This document shows positions 24,990-38,228 of a stretch of 64,000 bases of DNA, piece by piece; positions within the stretch are counted from its first letter, which is position 1, and each line of letters starts with the position of its first letter. The stretch is taken from assembly GCA_044892525.1 (NCBI GenBank), contig CM097885.1, positions 34,844,001 to 34,908,000 of the forward strand, read 5' to 3'. A model generated the notes under the pieces. It saw only the letters and a list, made by a program, of their open reading frames with translations. It had not been told where the DNA came from and made no database searches. The translations under genes and the position numbers were made by a program. This DNA is from Schmidtea polychroa (taxonomy: Eukaryota).

Positions 24990-27900
24990 CACTAAAAACA
25001 GAAATGATTTAATTTAAACTCCCGCTAGTACAATAACAAATTAATCCTAGTGTGGTAAACGCACTATTTCCAATAAACATGTCACCTATTACTACATGTC
25101 GTTCGTTCGACAGTCTTATCCAGGGCTGGGGAACCTTTTCATTTCAAAAGGCCACATTCACTTATCTGATTTAACAGTAAATAAAACGTTAACCCCCTAT
25201 AAACTATTTATTTTAATTCACATTATAAATTTGCCAAAACGCAATTTAAAATAATCTTTTATGAAAAAAATATATATTTACAAATCTAATTTATTATATT
25301 GTATATTGTTAAAAAAATGTTAAAAAATAAAAAAATAGCATAATTTTCCTTAAATATCAAAAAATCACTCAATTTTTAAAATATAAAAAGCCCCATTAAA
25401 AAAACTTGTACAGAAGAAGAAAAAGGTAGTAAAATAGCGGCCGTGTTTAACGACACTGGTTAAAAAATTACTTTGGGGTTTTTAAAATTTTTATAGCCCC
25501 AATTTTAAAAAAGTGGAAAAAGAAAGTTTTTTTGAAAAAAGATCATTTAATTATTTTACTTAAAACAAAAACACAAACTACTACGAATAAATAAAAATCA
25601 TGTGAAGCGGCATATGCATCATAAACATTTTTTCTCGATCGCGTAAATTGAAACCATGCAAAAAATTACCAAAAAATAAAAAAATCGGTATTACTCAAAA
25701 AGCCGCACTAGAATAGCCAAAAGGCGCAGGTTCCCCACCTCTGGTCTTGTCTGTCATTATCTATAATTATTATTATCCTACTTACTGTCATCATGGATGA
25801 TTAAATTTAACCTAAAATTATTAATTTTCGGTTGACTTTAAGTTTCAGTTTTAGCTCAACACTTGGTGTAAAAAATAAATGTATTTAGTGTGAATATCTG
25901 TTATTTTAAACTAATTTGTAATATTGTGGCTTCGCATTTTCGAAGAATATGCTGAGCTAGGACCGAAAATGGAGAGTTTGTGTTAATAGATCGGAAATAC
26001 ATATCATAAAAACCACACCAGGTTGAACTAAAATCTATAATAGTATACCAAATAATACAAAATAAAGTGTACAATACATTGAGAATAAATGAAACACGTA
26101 TAATAAATTCAAGAAACGCAAGAAGTTGCAATCAACAACACAATTAAGAAAAAAATATCGCATCCAAAAGATCTGCCAACTAGAAAAATAAAAGAGTAAT
26201 AAATAAAATAATAATTGATGATAAATTAATCAATAATATGAAAAGAAATTTTAATAGGAATATTGGTCGGATTTACATACAAAGGACCATAATCGGATTA
26301 ATTATGGATGTTATGGTCATTATTTACACACAAAGGAGCTATAGCAATGAGTGCATACTTTAAGCAGAGGAATATGAAGATGTTCTAAATAAATAAATTT
26401 AAAATTGAAACTTAAAATTTCCAGTAAAATTAATAAAAATTAAATAATTTGAGTAATTAAATTAATTAAATTAATTGTAAAAAATTGCGCACACTCAAAT
26501 AAGTGTGTGCAACGTAATTCAACTTTACTACATTTTAATTGAATCTAATGGCAGATAATGCAAACAAAATCAGTATAAATATTGATTGCAAATTCAGTTG
26601 AAGGGAACTCAAAAAGTGAACATAAATTTCAGCTTAACTTGTTATTTGATTAAACAAAACTTGATTTTCACAAGAACTGATTTTCTATGTAACCTGCTTT
26701 TAGTTTTTGGTCTATGTCATTGTGGTAAACTTGATTTGGATTAAGTAATTTTTATGTAATGTTCTAAGTCAGTAAATCTTTAAATTCAAATTTAATTTTT
26801 TTGATTTATGTTCTTTTTATCGTTGTTTCTAATTATAATTATGATGTTTTTGAATGATTTTAGAAAATAATGGTGTTGAAACCCGGTGTGACCACGGTAA
26901 GAGAAATCTTTAGGTCTCTTCGCCAACAGGTCAGTTGGAATATTCAATCATTTTCAGTTGATCAGAACTCGGGTTGGAGGTCTCCTGCGAGTCCCTCGCT
27001 GTAAGTATTTTTAGTGGAGCATATGTAGCACAACGATATCGTTATCAATCGCAGATGCCTTTTCATTAAATTTTAGTGAGATAGGAAAGTAAGGTCGTTT
27101 ATAAGTAAAGAAGGTTTATTTTTGAATGATGTTAGAGATCCCTCGAGTGATAAGAATGGAAAATAGGTCAGAATTAGAGATATAGGCAGATCCCTGGTCT
27201 AAATATTTTGAAGAATAACTTGAATATTAACAAGTATTGTGGAAAGTATAGAATGATATTTGTTAACTGGGAAATAAGGGCGAATCCCTGCGCAAACTTT
27301 AAAATAACAGTAGGAGACATCCAGAAATGAGAACCATAATTAACTGAATAAATGACAATAATCTAAGGAAGAACTAAATAATGAACGATGTCGAAAGACC
27401 TTCTATTGGTGGTCCAGAACTTGAAAATGAAAATATCATGAGGAGTAGTTTTAGCAGTAGAGCTCACCTGCTCATGGATTTTAGCCATTGTGTACAGCAC
27501 CAACATGGTCGTCGTCATGGGTACACAAATGTCTAAAGTACAATAATCTTGATGGCTTTTAGGAATGAATCGATTCAAAATTCATAAGTACCCCTAACAC
27601 GTTTAAAATGACACATCCCAAAGCACCAACAAATAAACATTAGTGCTTTACTCCCAAAAAGGATTGAAAACCTCCGTAATAATCTTTATTGGGTGGCCAT
27701 CTCAAATAAGCTGATAAAACAAATCTAATACTACTTAAATAACTATTTTTTCTTTTTGCTATCTTATCCTCTTTGATTTCAAAATTTTCACTTCGGCTAT
27801 ATACTTTTTTTATCTTCGATTAGAGAAATCATTTTATAAGGGACTCTCGCCTCGTTAAAATTCCCATCAAAATATTTTCTAACAAAGACCTGGTACCAGC

Positions 27901-28352
27901 CTAATTTTAAAATTATTTTTGTTCGACAGGTAGTCGTTTCGTCTGACAAGTTTTCCGTTACATTTATTTTTACCTTACTAAATTAATTATTTTTTATTTC
28001 TTTAATAACTTGGTCTGAAACCATTAAATAATATTCTTGTCCATAACATATTTTCCTATCTATTCATATCTGTTTTCCCGGAAATATATTGTTTTTCCAA
28101 CTTTTTAATTAGTTCGTTATTATTTTTGAATTTTGTTATTTTGAAAATTTTATTATTTTGTACACATATACAAATGAGTGTGAAATGCAAATTTACCTTA
28201 ATTTTATTTCGAATATTCACTTTTATCGAATTAACGAAAATCTTAATTGAAACATTGATACATGGAAGAAAAAATGTTAAAAACTATAGTTAAAATAGTT
28301 TTAAATATACAGACATTTGTTTAAATAAATATAACAAAGATTTCAATTTACT

Positions 28353-31300
28353 ATGAATAATCAAATTGCTGGATTTTTTACAAGTAGATATATATTTTTT
28401 TCTTCTTTTTTTACGATTGATAGATGATGTTTATGCTGATCGCCAAAATTATGGATTCATTAAATTACCGAATCCGCGAACAGGTTTGCAAATTTCATCT
28501 AATTTTATTTTAATTATTAAATAGGCACTGATTCTGTTTATTTGTGGAATAGTTCGAAAAAAGTTTTAAATGAAATACAAAATTTCAATCGCGAACATAA
28601 AACATGGATATTTAATGAAAAAGTTATTAAAGGTAATTTTGATCTAAACTAATTATTTTTTACTAAAGATGTCTGACTTCAGATTCGAAATTTTACGTTT
28701 CAAACGTAATCGATCCATTATTTTTAGCAATTCCATTTCTACAAAAACATGTTAGTCTTATTTATTATTATGAATTAGAAACTTATGCAAAATATTAAAA
28801 GGGTAAATTTTATTTTAACACTAAGATTAAAAGTTATAAAAATTTTAATTAATTAGTTATCAACTATATAAAATAAATTAGGTCAAAAATTATTATAATC
28901 TAATAATAAAAATTAAATATCACTTGAATATTTCAATTTCTAAGTTAAAAAAAGTTTTAATAATTGAATGTTAGGTAGTTAAAGCTCAATTTATCCGTTT
29001 TATTTTTAAGCATTGAAACTTTTATAACGTTTATTGGAACTCTAATTTTGATTGAGAACTCAATAAAAATATTTCTATTGATTTTTCCTAATATATTGTT
29101 AATTTCCCTAAATAATCATTTAAAATGGTATTTACACATTCAACACTGCGTTTATATTTCGGCTGAATGCAGCTTTTTATGTATAATGTCATTTTTTTTT
29201 GACAAAATACGCCGACTAGGCATTTAGTTGAATAAAATTCGATATTTCTAACTATTTTGCTAAAGAAAATTGGATATTTTGAAAAAATTAGACATTTTTT
29301 CTGAGAATAAATCGACTGCATCATCTAACAGTTGCTTTAAATTTGTTACTCTCTTCTAGATTTGCAGTCATTCGGTCTTTGGGTTGAATATCCATTCTGT
29401 AACATGATTTTCCTTTTCTGATCAATTTATGATTTCCATTCTCATTTCACATTTTCTCTTGAGTATTTTTAATGAAATAATTTCATTTTTCCTCCAACCC
29501 TTCACAATTTTTTCGGTAATGTCCAACATTCTTGCAACAACACTATTGTTTCATTATTTGATATTTCAATTACTTTTAATTAAAACTTGCTGCATATTTT
29601 CTTCGATTTCCCGATTGCCATGACATTAAAATTTTGGAGAGATGGATTACGAAAAAATTTAAAATTTAGAAATAAAACAACACTTGTATCGGGGACCATG
29701 TTTGATTCCATATTCCTTCAATTTCGTATTTTCAGACAGATATTTTCCTCTGTGGATTAAATTTTGCTTCCTAATGGGAATTCCCGCTTCCTTTTGAGGT
29801 CGTGAATCGATGATCCTAATTCCATTTCAAGTGTGACAACATTTACAATCAATGTTTTCAGGAATATCTGTTGATTTAAAGGGGGTAAGGTATCCATTGG
29901 CAACCTCCGGGGCCCATTACGGGGGTACGGTTAAATGACAAAATTTGTACCCCATCCCAAATTATATTATTAAAATGAATTTTAGAATTTTTAAAAATCA
30001 GATCGTGACAAATTGCAATCATACCTGCTATCTGATTTTTTGCTGATTGGCCTGAATGTGACTTCAATTTGAGGAACACCTTTTAAAACAGGTTTCATTC
30101 CCGAAAAATTCGAATTTACCAAGTAGATTGTTGTCTCTAGTCGTGTCTCTTTCACCTCCAAAATTTGAATCAAGAGACCTGTTTGGTTATCGACGTATGT
30201 TGAAAAGGTTTGAGCTTGTTTGGTTGGAATGGTAGAATTTCTCTTAATAAGAGCTGGCATGACTCCTCCAGCAGTTTCAATATCCAAACTTAATGGAGAA
30301 CATTAAACAACAATGTCACTCTTGTTTACAGATAAAATAGCAGCCTGAACAACTGCACCATAAGCTGCAGCTTCATCAAGATTGATTGGCTTGATAAACT
30401 CTTTACCGTTGAAATAATCTTGTAATGAATTTTGTACCTTTGGAACTCTAGTGTGGCCCTCCGAAGGGAACCACACTCTGCTACCATATGTTTCGGTAAA
30501 AGTAAAAGTTTGTATAAAATGAACAAAATTCGTTTCTTCTTTTTAATATTCATATTCAAAGACTTGATCTAAATCTGTATTAGAGGCGCTGCGGACATAA
30601 ATTATTTTCCATTCCAAATCATCTTCTAAGCTCTCAAGACATTCGAATTTAACTTTAAATTTAAATTTTTGAAGAAAATTTGGCTGAATTTTCCAGAACT
30701 TCAACATAGCTTATATTAATTTTATCCATTGTTCCCCGTATTAAAAAATAATCAAAATCCAATGTTAGGAAATAATAAAGACTGAGGAAATTTCAAAACT
30801 TTATTAATCAGCAAAATTAAACTAAAATTCCAAAAACTTTCAAAATTTTCACAAATTCCAATTTCAAGAAGAAACAAATTTAAACAACTGAAAATATTAG
30901 ATAAAATTTTCGAAAAACCCAATTTATCAAATCAAAGTCAAAATAAAATTAAAAGGACTAATATTATTCATCAACAATTAAATNNNNNNNNNNNNNNNNN
31001 NNNNNNNNNNNNNNNNNNNNNNNNNNNNNNNNNNNNNNNNNNNNNNNNNNNNNNNNNNNNNNNNNNNNNNNNNNNNNNNNNNNNNNNNNNNNNNNNNNNN
31101 NNNNNNNNNNNNNNNNNNNNNNNNNNNNNNNNNNNNNNNNNNNNNNNNNNNNNNNNNNNNNNNNNNNNNNNNNNNNNNNNNNNNNNNNNNNNNNNNNNNN
31201 NNNNNNNNNNNNNCATTTAAATTTTAGTTTTAAGTTATTTTAAAAGTAATAGCCTTAACAAATAATTTGCACAAAGGCTTATCTTATCATTTACCTGTTT

Positions 31301-32215
31301 AATTTATATTGTTTATACTATATAACACAAAACTAAAATCTCTTTGAATTAAGAACTATATAAACATAAAATATATTAGAAACAAGTTCCTTTTAAAATT
31401 TCAGATCGTTTTATTCGCAGTTGAAACTTTTAAATTAGTGTTATTTAAAAATATTTTAATATTCCTAGTAATATTATCCATTAATAAATGAGATTTTCTT
31501 TTATAAATAAACTCCATTAGTGAAATCCATTAATTTGATTATCCTCATTTTTAAAACTCTAATTTCCCAGGCCAACCATTATACCGCTATTGATACAATT
31601 ATGCATTCTGATGAATATCCACAATTTTCTTCTATCATGTGCGCAGTATTTGAATCAAATTCTAAATTAGAAGCGTTAAGTGATTCCAAACATATAGATG
31701 AAAGTTGTGTAGTTTATAAGTATAATAATGAGAAAACAATGAATTGGTTGAAAGTAAAAGTGGATAAATTATCCTCTTATTTCTTCCAAAAAAAGATCGT
31801 TTCTGATGATTCTGAGCTTGCTATCCCCATTTCGTTTAAGGACTGTAAGTTTTCTATTGTAAAATTAATGACATATTATCCAAATAAAGGCACAGAATCT
31901 GACACAGACTATTCTAAACGCTTAACAATGGAAACCAAATCAACAGCTGTCGAAATCGTTTGCGACTATATTTCACTTGAAATTGAAAAAGCTTTCAAGG
32001 AATTTATAAATTTTAAAGATGTAGTACCAGAGAATAAATTACCCGCATCTTCTCCTATTGCGCATTCATCCAAATCTTTAAAATCAATCGAAGAATATGA
32101 AAATATTTTACCTGGAAAAATCCCTAAAACGCGAACTACAGCAAAATCTAAAATTAGAGAATCTGGACTGAAATCTATAACTAATTTTTTCAGTAAAAAA
32201 AATAAAGAAATGTAA
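28353..32215 (+). CDS. RNASEH2B: Ribonuclease H2 subunit B. Exons 28353-28383, 28424-28483, 28525-28632, 28683-28750, 31571-32215
   Basis: [46 protein letters not shown] and C-terminal PIP box KSITNFF. Introns of 40, 41, 50 and 2820 nt are in phase. Confidence 0.9.
29090..29620 (-). pseudogene. pogo/Tigger-like transposase N-terminal relic in RNASEH2B intron 4
   Basis: Frameshift-joined KF*LKVIEIS...[18 protein letters not shown]...ENHVTEWI resembles Brk-DBD / CENP-B HTH. Confidence 0.55.
30040..30470 (-). pseudogene. HSP70: Intronless cytosolic Hsp70 fragment (end of NBD, linker, start of SBD)
   Basis: [41 protein letters not shown]...[38 protein letters not shown]...[10 protein letters not shown], with a stop and substitutions. 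Confidence 0.9.
30984..31213. other. Assembly gap
   Basis: Run of N. Confidence 1.
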
Positions 32216-32369
32216 TAGTAATAAAATGTTTTAACTTTTTGTATTTTGTCTTTTTACATTTATTGATATTGAGAGAGTTTCCTTCGAATGTGCTGAAAAA
32301 TCCTAAATAAATCTTAAGTTTCTGTTATGATTGGTAGGTTGTAGGTAATTTACACATACCATTTCCAGC

Positions 32370-32503
32370 TGTTTCCAGTATAACACAAAATACAATTGTT
32401 ATTACCACTCACTACACGTCGATTATTCAACGTTGAAACTTATTAAATAAGTGAATACTTTTAAAAGTGAGCGCATCCCTCTGCACTATAATTGTCAAGC
32501 AAA
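32370..32503 (+). repeat. Decayed partial copy M2 of the subfamily-B module
   Basis: GCTGTTTCCAGTATAACACAAAATACAA...TTCAACGTTG...AAAAGTGAGCGCA...GCACTATAATTGTCAAGCA aligns with 60067-60200. Confidence 0.6.
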
Positions 32504-32799
32504 ATTTTTAACTTTTTATTGTTTATAAATAAAAGAAATATTGTTGTTTAAATAACATGTTAAAAAATTAAACTAGAGAAGTTTAAGTTTCAAAAAAGAA
32601 TTTTTTATTGTGGAATTTTACTTTTTTATTTTTATTAATATCAAAGTTAATTTTAAAATCAATGAACTATTACCACTAAATTATATTAAAAAGTTAAAAT
32701 CTTGGAAACAGTCAAAAAATAATATAATTAAAAACCGAACAGCGAAGAAATCGAAATTACAAAAAATCAATAAATTAACAAATTTTTACCTATATGTTT

Positions 32800-33354
32800 C
32801 AGGGGCGTATATTCAGGGTGTGCTAGGTGTGCGGCGCACACCCGCAAAACCATCTGAAATAGAAATTTAGAAAATTTAGGGCATAAAGCGACCATATTGT
32901 TTTGCATACACTATATGCCATACAGTAGTATTTGTAAGCGCTTGTATTTGTGAGCGCGTGAATAGTGTGCATTGATATTTGTCAGTCGCTCGGAACGTTT
33001 GCGCAAGAGCAACGGCTATATAACAACGCCTGTGGCTCTTCAACTGTGCGCGCGGACGGTGACTCATATAAATTGTTCCGAGATTTAACTGCTCAAGTCG
33101 ATCTGTCCGCTGGCAGCGCTCAGTAGTAAAATTATATATAAAAAAATTATATAGTAAAATTTTATATATAAATAATTATAGTTTTATGTTTATTTGAAAT
33201 CTGATATTTTTATATAATAATATTTTAAATTAGGTTTGATGTTTATTTATATGTTTATTTGATGTTTATTTGATGTTTATTTTACCTAAATAAAAATGAA
33301 AAAATGTATGTTTTTTTAAGCACTCCCAATATTAACATCCACCGTACGCCACTG
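32800..33354. mobile_element. hAT-family MITE (555 bp)
   Basis: TIR CAGGGGCGTA / TACGCCACTG (9/10) and perfect 8-bp TSD ATATGTTT (32792-32799, 33355-33362). Confidence 0.9.
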
Positions 33355-33767
33355 ATATGTTTATGGGGTTAATATAGAATGCAATAATATAATATAATAA
33401 AAATTAATTATTATTATTTATTCATTTAAGTTACTTATAACAATAAGTAACTTAAATGAATAAAATATAAATGAAAAATAAATTGAGCATTCCAGAATCA
33501 CAAATAACCAGATAATGTTGGATATATATTGGGGTTCAACAAGAGAGGTACAAAATGAGGTGAAAAATCAATAAAAACACCAAATTCACAATAAAAATTT
33601 AAAGTACAAAATATTAATTAAAAAAATCAAAAAATTATAAATGAATATTTTCTGGGGGAACTGGTATGGGCGGATGCCGAATAATGAGATGAACTCAACT
33701 ATAATAAAATAAAATAAGTGGGGGTTCCCTAGAAGTAATAAATTACAAAAAACAAAAATTAATTAAC

Positions 33768-33835
33768 TAATGGAGAACCCCAGCTAATGGGAAACCCGAG
33801 CTAATAAGAAACCCGAGACAATGGAAAACCCGAGC
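33768..33835 (+). repeat. Four 17-bp tandem units in the leader upstream of gag
   Basis: TAATGGAGAACCCCAGC / TAATGGGAAACCCGAGC / TAATAAGAAACCCGAGA / CAATGGAAAACCCGAGC. Confidence 0.85.
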
Positions 33836-34116
33836 GATTTCAGAGAACATGAATTATCAATCAAATTAAGAAAGGCAATTTAATCAGCCGACTAAAATTA
33901 AATTGGGGTGAAAGGAGATTGAGAAAGTATTGTAAAGTGAAAAAAAAATTGATTTGAAAGTGGTGAATATTATCGGAGAATTATTAAAGTGGTGATATTA
34001 TTATTATTAATGCGAAGTGAAAAAAAATTGTGGAAGTCGATTATTGAAAAGTCAAAATTAAAACGAAAGGTAAATTTTTTAATTGTAACACTTTAAATTT
34101 TAGACGAGTAAAACCT

Positions 34117-35393
34117 GTGTTGACCCGATCATTTTATAAATTGAGAAGCCAAAAACTAGTAGAGAATATAATGAGTACCCAAAGACTAACCAATAATACA
34201 AATAACAATGACGAAAAACCTGTGTCCATGGTGGGCAATGGCAAGGAAGGCAATGATTATGCGAGTTGTCAAAAGCTACCTGTAGATCAGTACGGTGGAG
34301 ATCCGCTGGAATTTGTCGACTTTATGGAAGATTCTTATATGTATGCGACAGCCTATGGATGAAGCCAATCGATCATGGTGCAAAGATTACCGCTATACCT
34401 GAAAGGAGCAGCCAGAGAAGCGTGACAACAAATTGATAAAAGATTAGTATCAAATGGCTGGACCAAAGTTGAAAGACGCGCTAGCCACGAAATTAATCAG
34501 AGGGGATATAAAACGGATAATGTGACAGAAATTCTATAACCGCATACAAAAGTCAGAGGAATCTGTGAGTTTGCTTATCATTTATCAACTCTTGCAGAGA
34601 AAACATTCAAAGTGAAACCAGAACAGGCCGAAATGGCAAGACAGGTTAAAGAATTATTGCAGGATCAATTCTTGTCAGGAGTAAAGAAAGAAATTAAAAA
34701 GGCTTTATGTTATGTTGATTTTAATGACTTTGATGAATTGATTAAAAAGGCAATGAAAATTGAGCTAAATTTAAAAGCACACAGTCGAAATCAGAGTCGC
34801 TTGCAGTCATCTCAGGCGCAAGCGAAAGATCAATAACTCCAATTAGAAACAATCGTTTTCAACAAACAAGTAGTCCATCACCAAAATTTAGATCAAAATT
34901 TGAGTCGAACAAGTCAACAGATATTTAAATGGATGGAAAGGAAGGTCCTATCCAATGAAAACATTGGCAAAGGATTGGACACCATGTTAACTAATGTTAG
35001 TTTAAAAATAGAGTACAGAGAAGCCCAATTCCGATTCAGTGTGATAATTGCCAAAGAATGGGACACAACAGCAATAACGTACAACATAGTCCAAGGCAAA
35101 TGTGGCCCGTTTGGTCAAAAGGAAATGGTGGGAAAAGCTTCACTAATGCGAACATTAATGATCAGAGAACTAATGATAATTTACAATGGTATAATTGCGG
35201 AAGAAAAGGGCATGTGTCACGAAATTGTTTTGCCAGGTCAAGATCAACATCACCATCACCGCAGACAGATAGAGTAAATCTACAAGGACAAATCCAGTGC
35301 CATTCATGCAGAGGTTATGGACACATGGCCAGATCATGTCCAAGAAATATGGATAAATTCAAAAGGCCAATATTAAAGAAGTTGATAATGTAG
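34117..35393 (+). pseudogene. Gypsy-type gag (decayed) with CCHC knuckles
   Basis: YGGDPLEFVDF..., RLPLYLKGAAREA, LQDQFLSGVKKEIKKAL, (W)YNCGRKGHVSRNC, CHSCRGYGHMARSC. Confidence 0.85.
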
Positions 35394-35556
35394 CTTTTGT
35401 TCAACCAGATAATTTTAATGAAAGAATTGAAAGCGAAGTGAGATAAATGGGTCGACGTTTGGATCGATTGATGTCAAAATTTGAATCAGAAGATTTATTC
35501 GGTAGTAGATATGTCGGATTGCCCAGGTGCGTATCCGAGTAATTTAAAAATAGAAA

Positions 35557-36009
35557 ATGAAAACTAGAATCTTGCTTGATGAACAAACTAAACCAAAGAT
35601 TTTGCAATGCAATCGATTATTAGCCACTTTATACCGATTAGCTACAGATTCATGGATAGCTTTACCAGATTATCGTAGGGTCAAGACTCCAGACAAACTA
35701 GAATTAACAAATTTAGAATACCTGATAAATTTCACATCATTAAATACAATGGCACAAATAGGTTTGTATGCGAGCGCAGATATCGAAGAAGAACAGAGGA
35801 ATCTGTTGTTTCCACCCAAGAAGGAACGGGTAATTTCAGAAATGATTGACACGATATTACCGAATGGAGAAGGAACAGTAAATTACGAAAATTTGCTAAC
35901 ACCTGATCATTTCAAACGAGCTACCTACAAAACGATGGAAAAGATTTGGGGCAAGTTCATGTTTTTGGGACAAGCATGTGCAGGTTTAAGTGGAATTGAA
36001 TTTACGTAA
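35557..36009 (+). pseudogene. C-terminal remnant of a class III (gB / chuvirus-G-like) envelope glycoprotein
   Basis: KTRILL...CNRLLATLYRL...WIALP...P...GLYASADIEEEQRNLLFP...LLTPDHFKRATYKTMEKIWGKFMFLGQACAGLSGI follows the pattern of chuvirus-G-like retroelement env (GIY...L...IMFP; membrane-proximal WG.F..FG...AG..GI). Recognised from memory. Confidence 0.65.
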
Positions 36010-36206
36010 TCGTGATAACGGCAAAGGTGGTAGTGTCACAGATGCTATCAGTACATCGAATATCTGCAATATCTGGATGGTCATGGAAATTGATTATTGA
36101 CTGTATTCCATTGTTGGCTAGATTCTTTATGCTGGGTAATTAGGGTAGTTATTAGTACACTCAGTCTCTTCCCCTAACTACCGTTCATGGTTTGCTAATT
36201 GCCATG

Positions 36207-36341
36207 CGTATACCCCTGATGATGTTTCACGTTGGTGCGTATACGTAGGTGGGAATCTGTGGACAGGTGAGCCTCTATGTTAAGACTACTCGCCACAGTA
36301 TTCTCGGTACGGGTTCCTAGGTGCCAATAGAAGGACTTAAC
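36207..36341 (+). ncRNA. Candidate structured RNA module, copy M3
   Basis: CGTATAC/GTATACG around CC-CTGA..TCAC-GTTGGTGC; CTGTGG/CCACAG around AGGTGAG...GACTACT; GCCAATAGAAGGACTTA. Confidence 0.6.
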
Positions 36342-36713
36342 ATTTTACTCATTACCTCGTCTCTGGTCCAAGAAGACGGTATTCAAATTTCTCTGTTCAA
36401 GGGATTTTGATTTGAGCAATCTCATTTCGGTCAATCACACTATTTCACAATCTCATATTTCAGCATTTCCACATTTTTAAATATATTTTCATATAAGGAT
36501 CTATTGACTACGTCGAGGGAGGTTATACTACAAAACAGACAAGAAATCATCCGACACTCAAAGTTTTATTACGAATACACGATCGAAATTACATTAGACA
36601 TCAATAAGAAAAATAACAATCCGGTTGTCAATATCTACAATGTTCTATATTTACATATGAATTAACGAGATATTTCTAATATTTTGTCGTGCGCTTCCAT
36701 CCGAGACATTTCT

Positions 36714-37444
36714 TCACATGGTTTCTACCTCAAATAGTAGTGCATCCATGTTGACCTGCAACCAAGGATCTTTTGGAGGGGTCGTTACAGTTGACGAGAT
36801 TATTCGAAACGAATCCGATGCCGATACTGATGAAGGGTTGGCGCCAGATTGTGCAATTGCAGATTTTGCGACAAATAGTGATGCCTCCAGTTCATTCACC
36901 TTTTCCCTCATTTTTGCTGTTCTTTCTGCTCGAGAAGGTCGCTTTCGTTTTTTCGGCCGTAGAATCGGCGCGGAAGATACTTGCGCGGATGAAGAACCAG
37001 TGGTGACTGTTCCGATTAAAATAGGATCAACTAATTTTGGTACAACCGGTCCATACCCTGCACAAAGAGATAGCGTTGCACTATTTAGTTCATCCGCTAA
37101 ATTGTGAAGCCGAAATACGTTCACGCCATCCTTGATTGGATATTCTCGGATTCTTCTTTGCAACTCAGACTCGGTATATATTTTATGTAGAGCCTCGGAT
37201 TGAGCTTTAATACTTAGTCACTGTCCACGGCTTTCTTCCAGGAGACTGTCACGACAGTGCTCCAACCTGAGAATCTTCATTTTTTCCTCCTTCATTTGTG
37301 GCGGGGAGTACCACGTAGCTTCCAGCGTTTCGACACGTTTTTTAGAGCCCCAATGTACTCATGTAATTTTCGTATGTCTTCGTTCTTATCGGAGCACGAG
37401 AAACACGGTCTCGGCCCTTTTGGTGGAAGATTCGGTTCCGACAT
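36714..37444 (-). pseudogene. LTR-borne antisense ORF, copy 1 (one frameshift, one stop)
   Basis: MSEPNLPPKGPRPCFSCSDKNEDIRKLHEYIGALK/KRVETLEATWYSPPQMKEEKMKILRLEHCRDSLLEESRGQ*LSIKAQSEALHKIY...KKRKRPSRAERTAKMREKVNELEASL...NMDALLFEVETM. Confidence 0.85.
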
Positions 37445-38228
37445 ATCTAGAAGATAAAAGCTATTGATAATTCGTTACTCTTTACGTCTCAACATTGCTC
37501 CGACATCGTAACTGGTTTCGGAAATTTTCATGTTCTCGGGCACCCACAAAATGAATCGAAAATTTATTTCTCTATTGGGGTACTTGACCCTAAACGCACA
37601 TTCGCAACTAGTTTAATGCCGGGAAGAGGCTTGATGAAAATGACAAGTGAAAAATTTTTAACTCGTATAAATAGGCAAACTTTAATTGGATACACCTTTT
37701 AGTTATGTTTCATTACATTATTACTACAATAATTCTCAGGGTTGGAAGTTATGATTAATGAAGAATGTTAGCCGCAACAACGTCGAATTCATTTTCAATC
37801 TCCATAATTAATAAATTAACCAAATAAAATTACTAAATTAATTTTATTCACAAAACTGCGCTTTTTTGTAATATTCAAATAACCTGTTCGAGGCTTTTTT
37901 ATTATTTTAATGTTGATGCTGATTTCAATGCTGGTTTAATTTATTTTAATATTTAATATATTTTTATATTTTAAACTTACTTTAATTTATTAATTTAAAT
38001 ATTTATACAAAAATTTATGTAATCTGATAAATACAATTTAAATGTTTATTAGCAATATTCAGTTTTAACTTAAACGTGAATTCTATCCTTTCATCCCCCT
38101 TCTTTAAATTCTTTAATCTTTTCAATATTCCTGATTAAAGACTTCCCACTTTTATCTCTCAGCATATAACTGCGATCGTGTATTCGTTTTGTTACCGTGT
38201 ATGGTCCTTGATATCTATCTTGATCCTG

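Larger units (their letters stand above)
36034..37910 (+). mobile_element. 3' LTR (truncated) of the gag-env element; large-LTR family copy 1
   Basis: Imperfect PPT GGCAAAGGTGGTAG (36020-36033) 11 nt after the env stop, then TGTCACAG. Contains module M3 and the antisense ORF. The right end is lost at the LTR of a different gypsy. Confidence 0.65.

Noticed and set aside
26485-26512. TTGCGCACACT-caaata-AGTGTGTGCAA hairpin as a Helitron 3' end
   Set aside because: No CTRR terminus at the expected distance.
24300-27962. TGTAAC...GTTACA as a 3.66-kb solo LTR
   Set aside because: Flanks do not match (CCTT vs TTTA), and homology between the 32-kb and 60-kb copies extends left of the equivalent TGTAAC position.
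28353-32215. RNASEH2B as a functional partner of the adjacent retroelement cluster
   Set aside because: Ordinary intron-containing housekeeping gene; proximity is the only link.
36216-36222. CTGATGA as a hammerhead ribozyme core
   Set aside because: No GAAA and stem arrangement, and the heptamer is not conserved in the other module copies.
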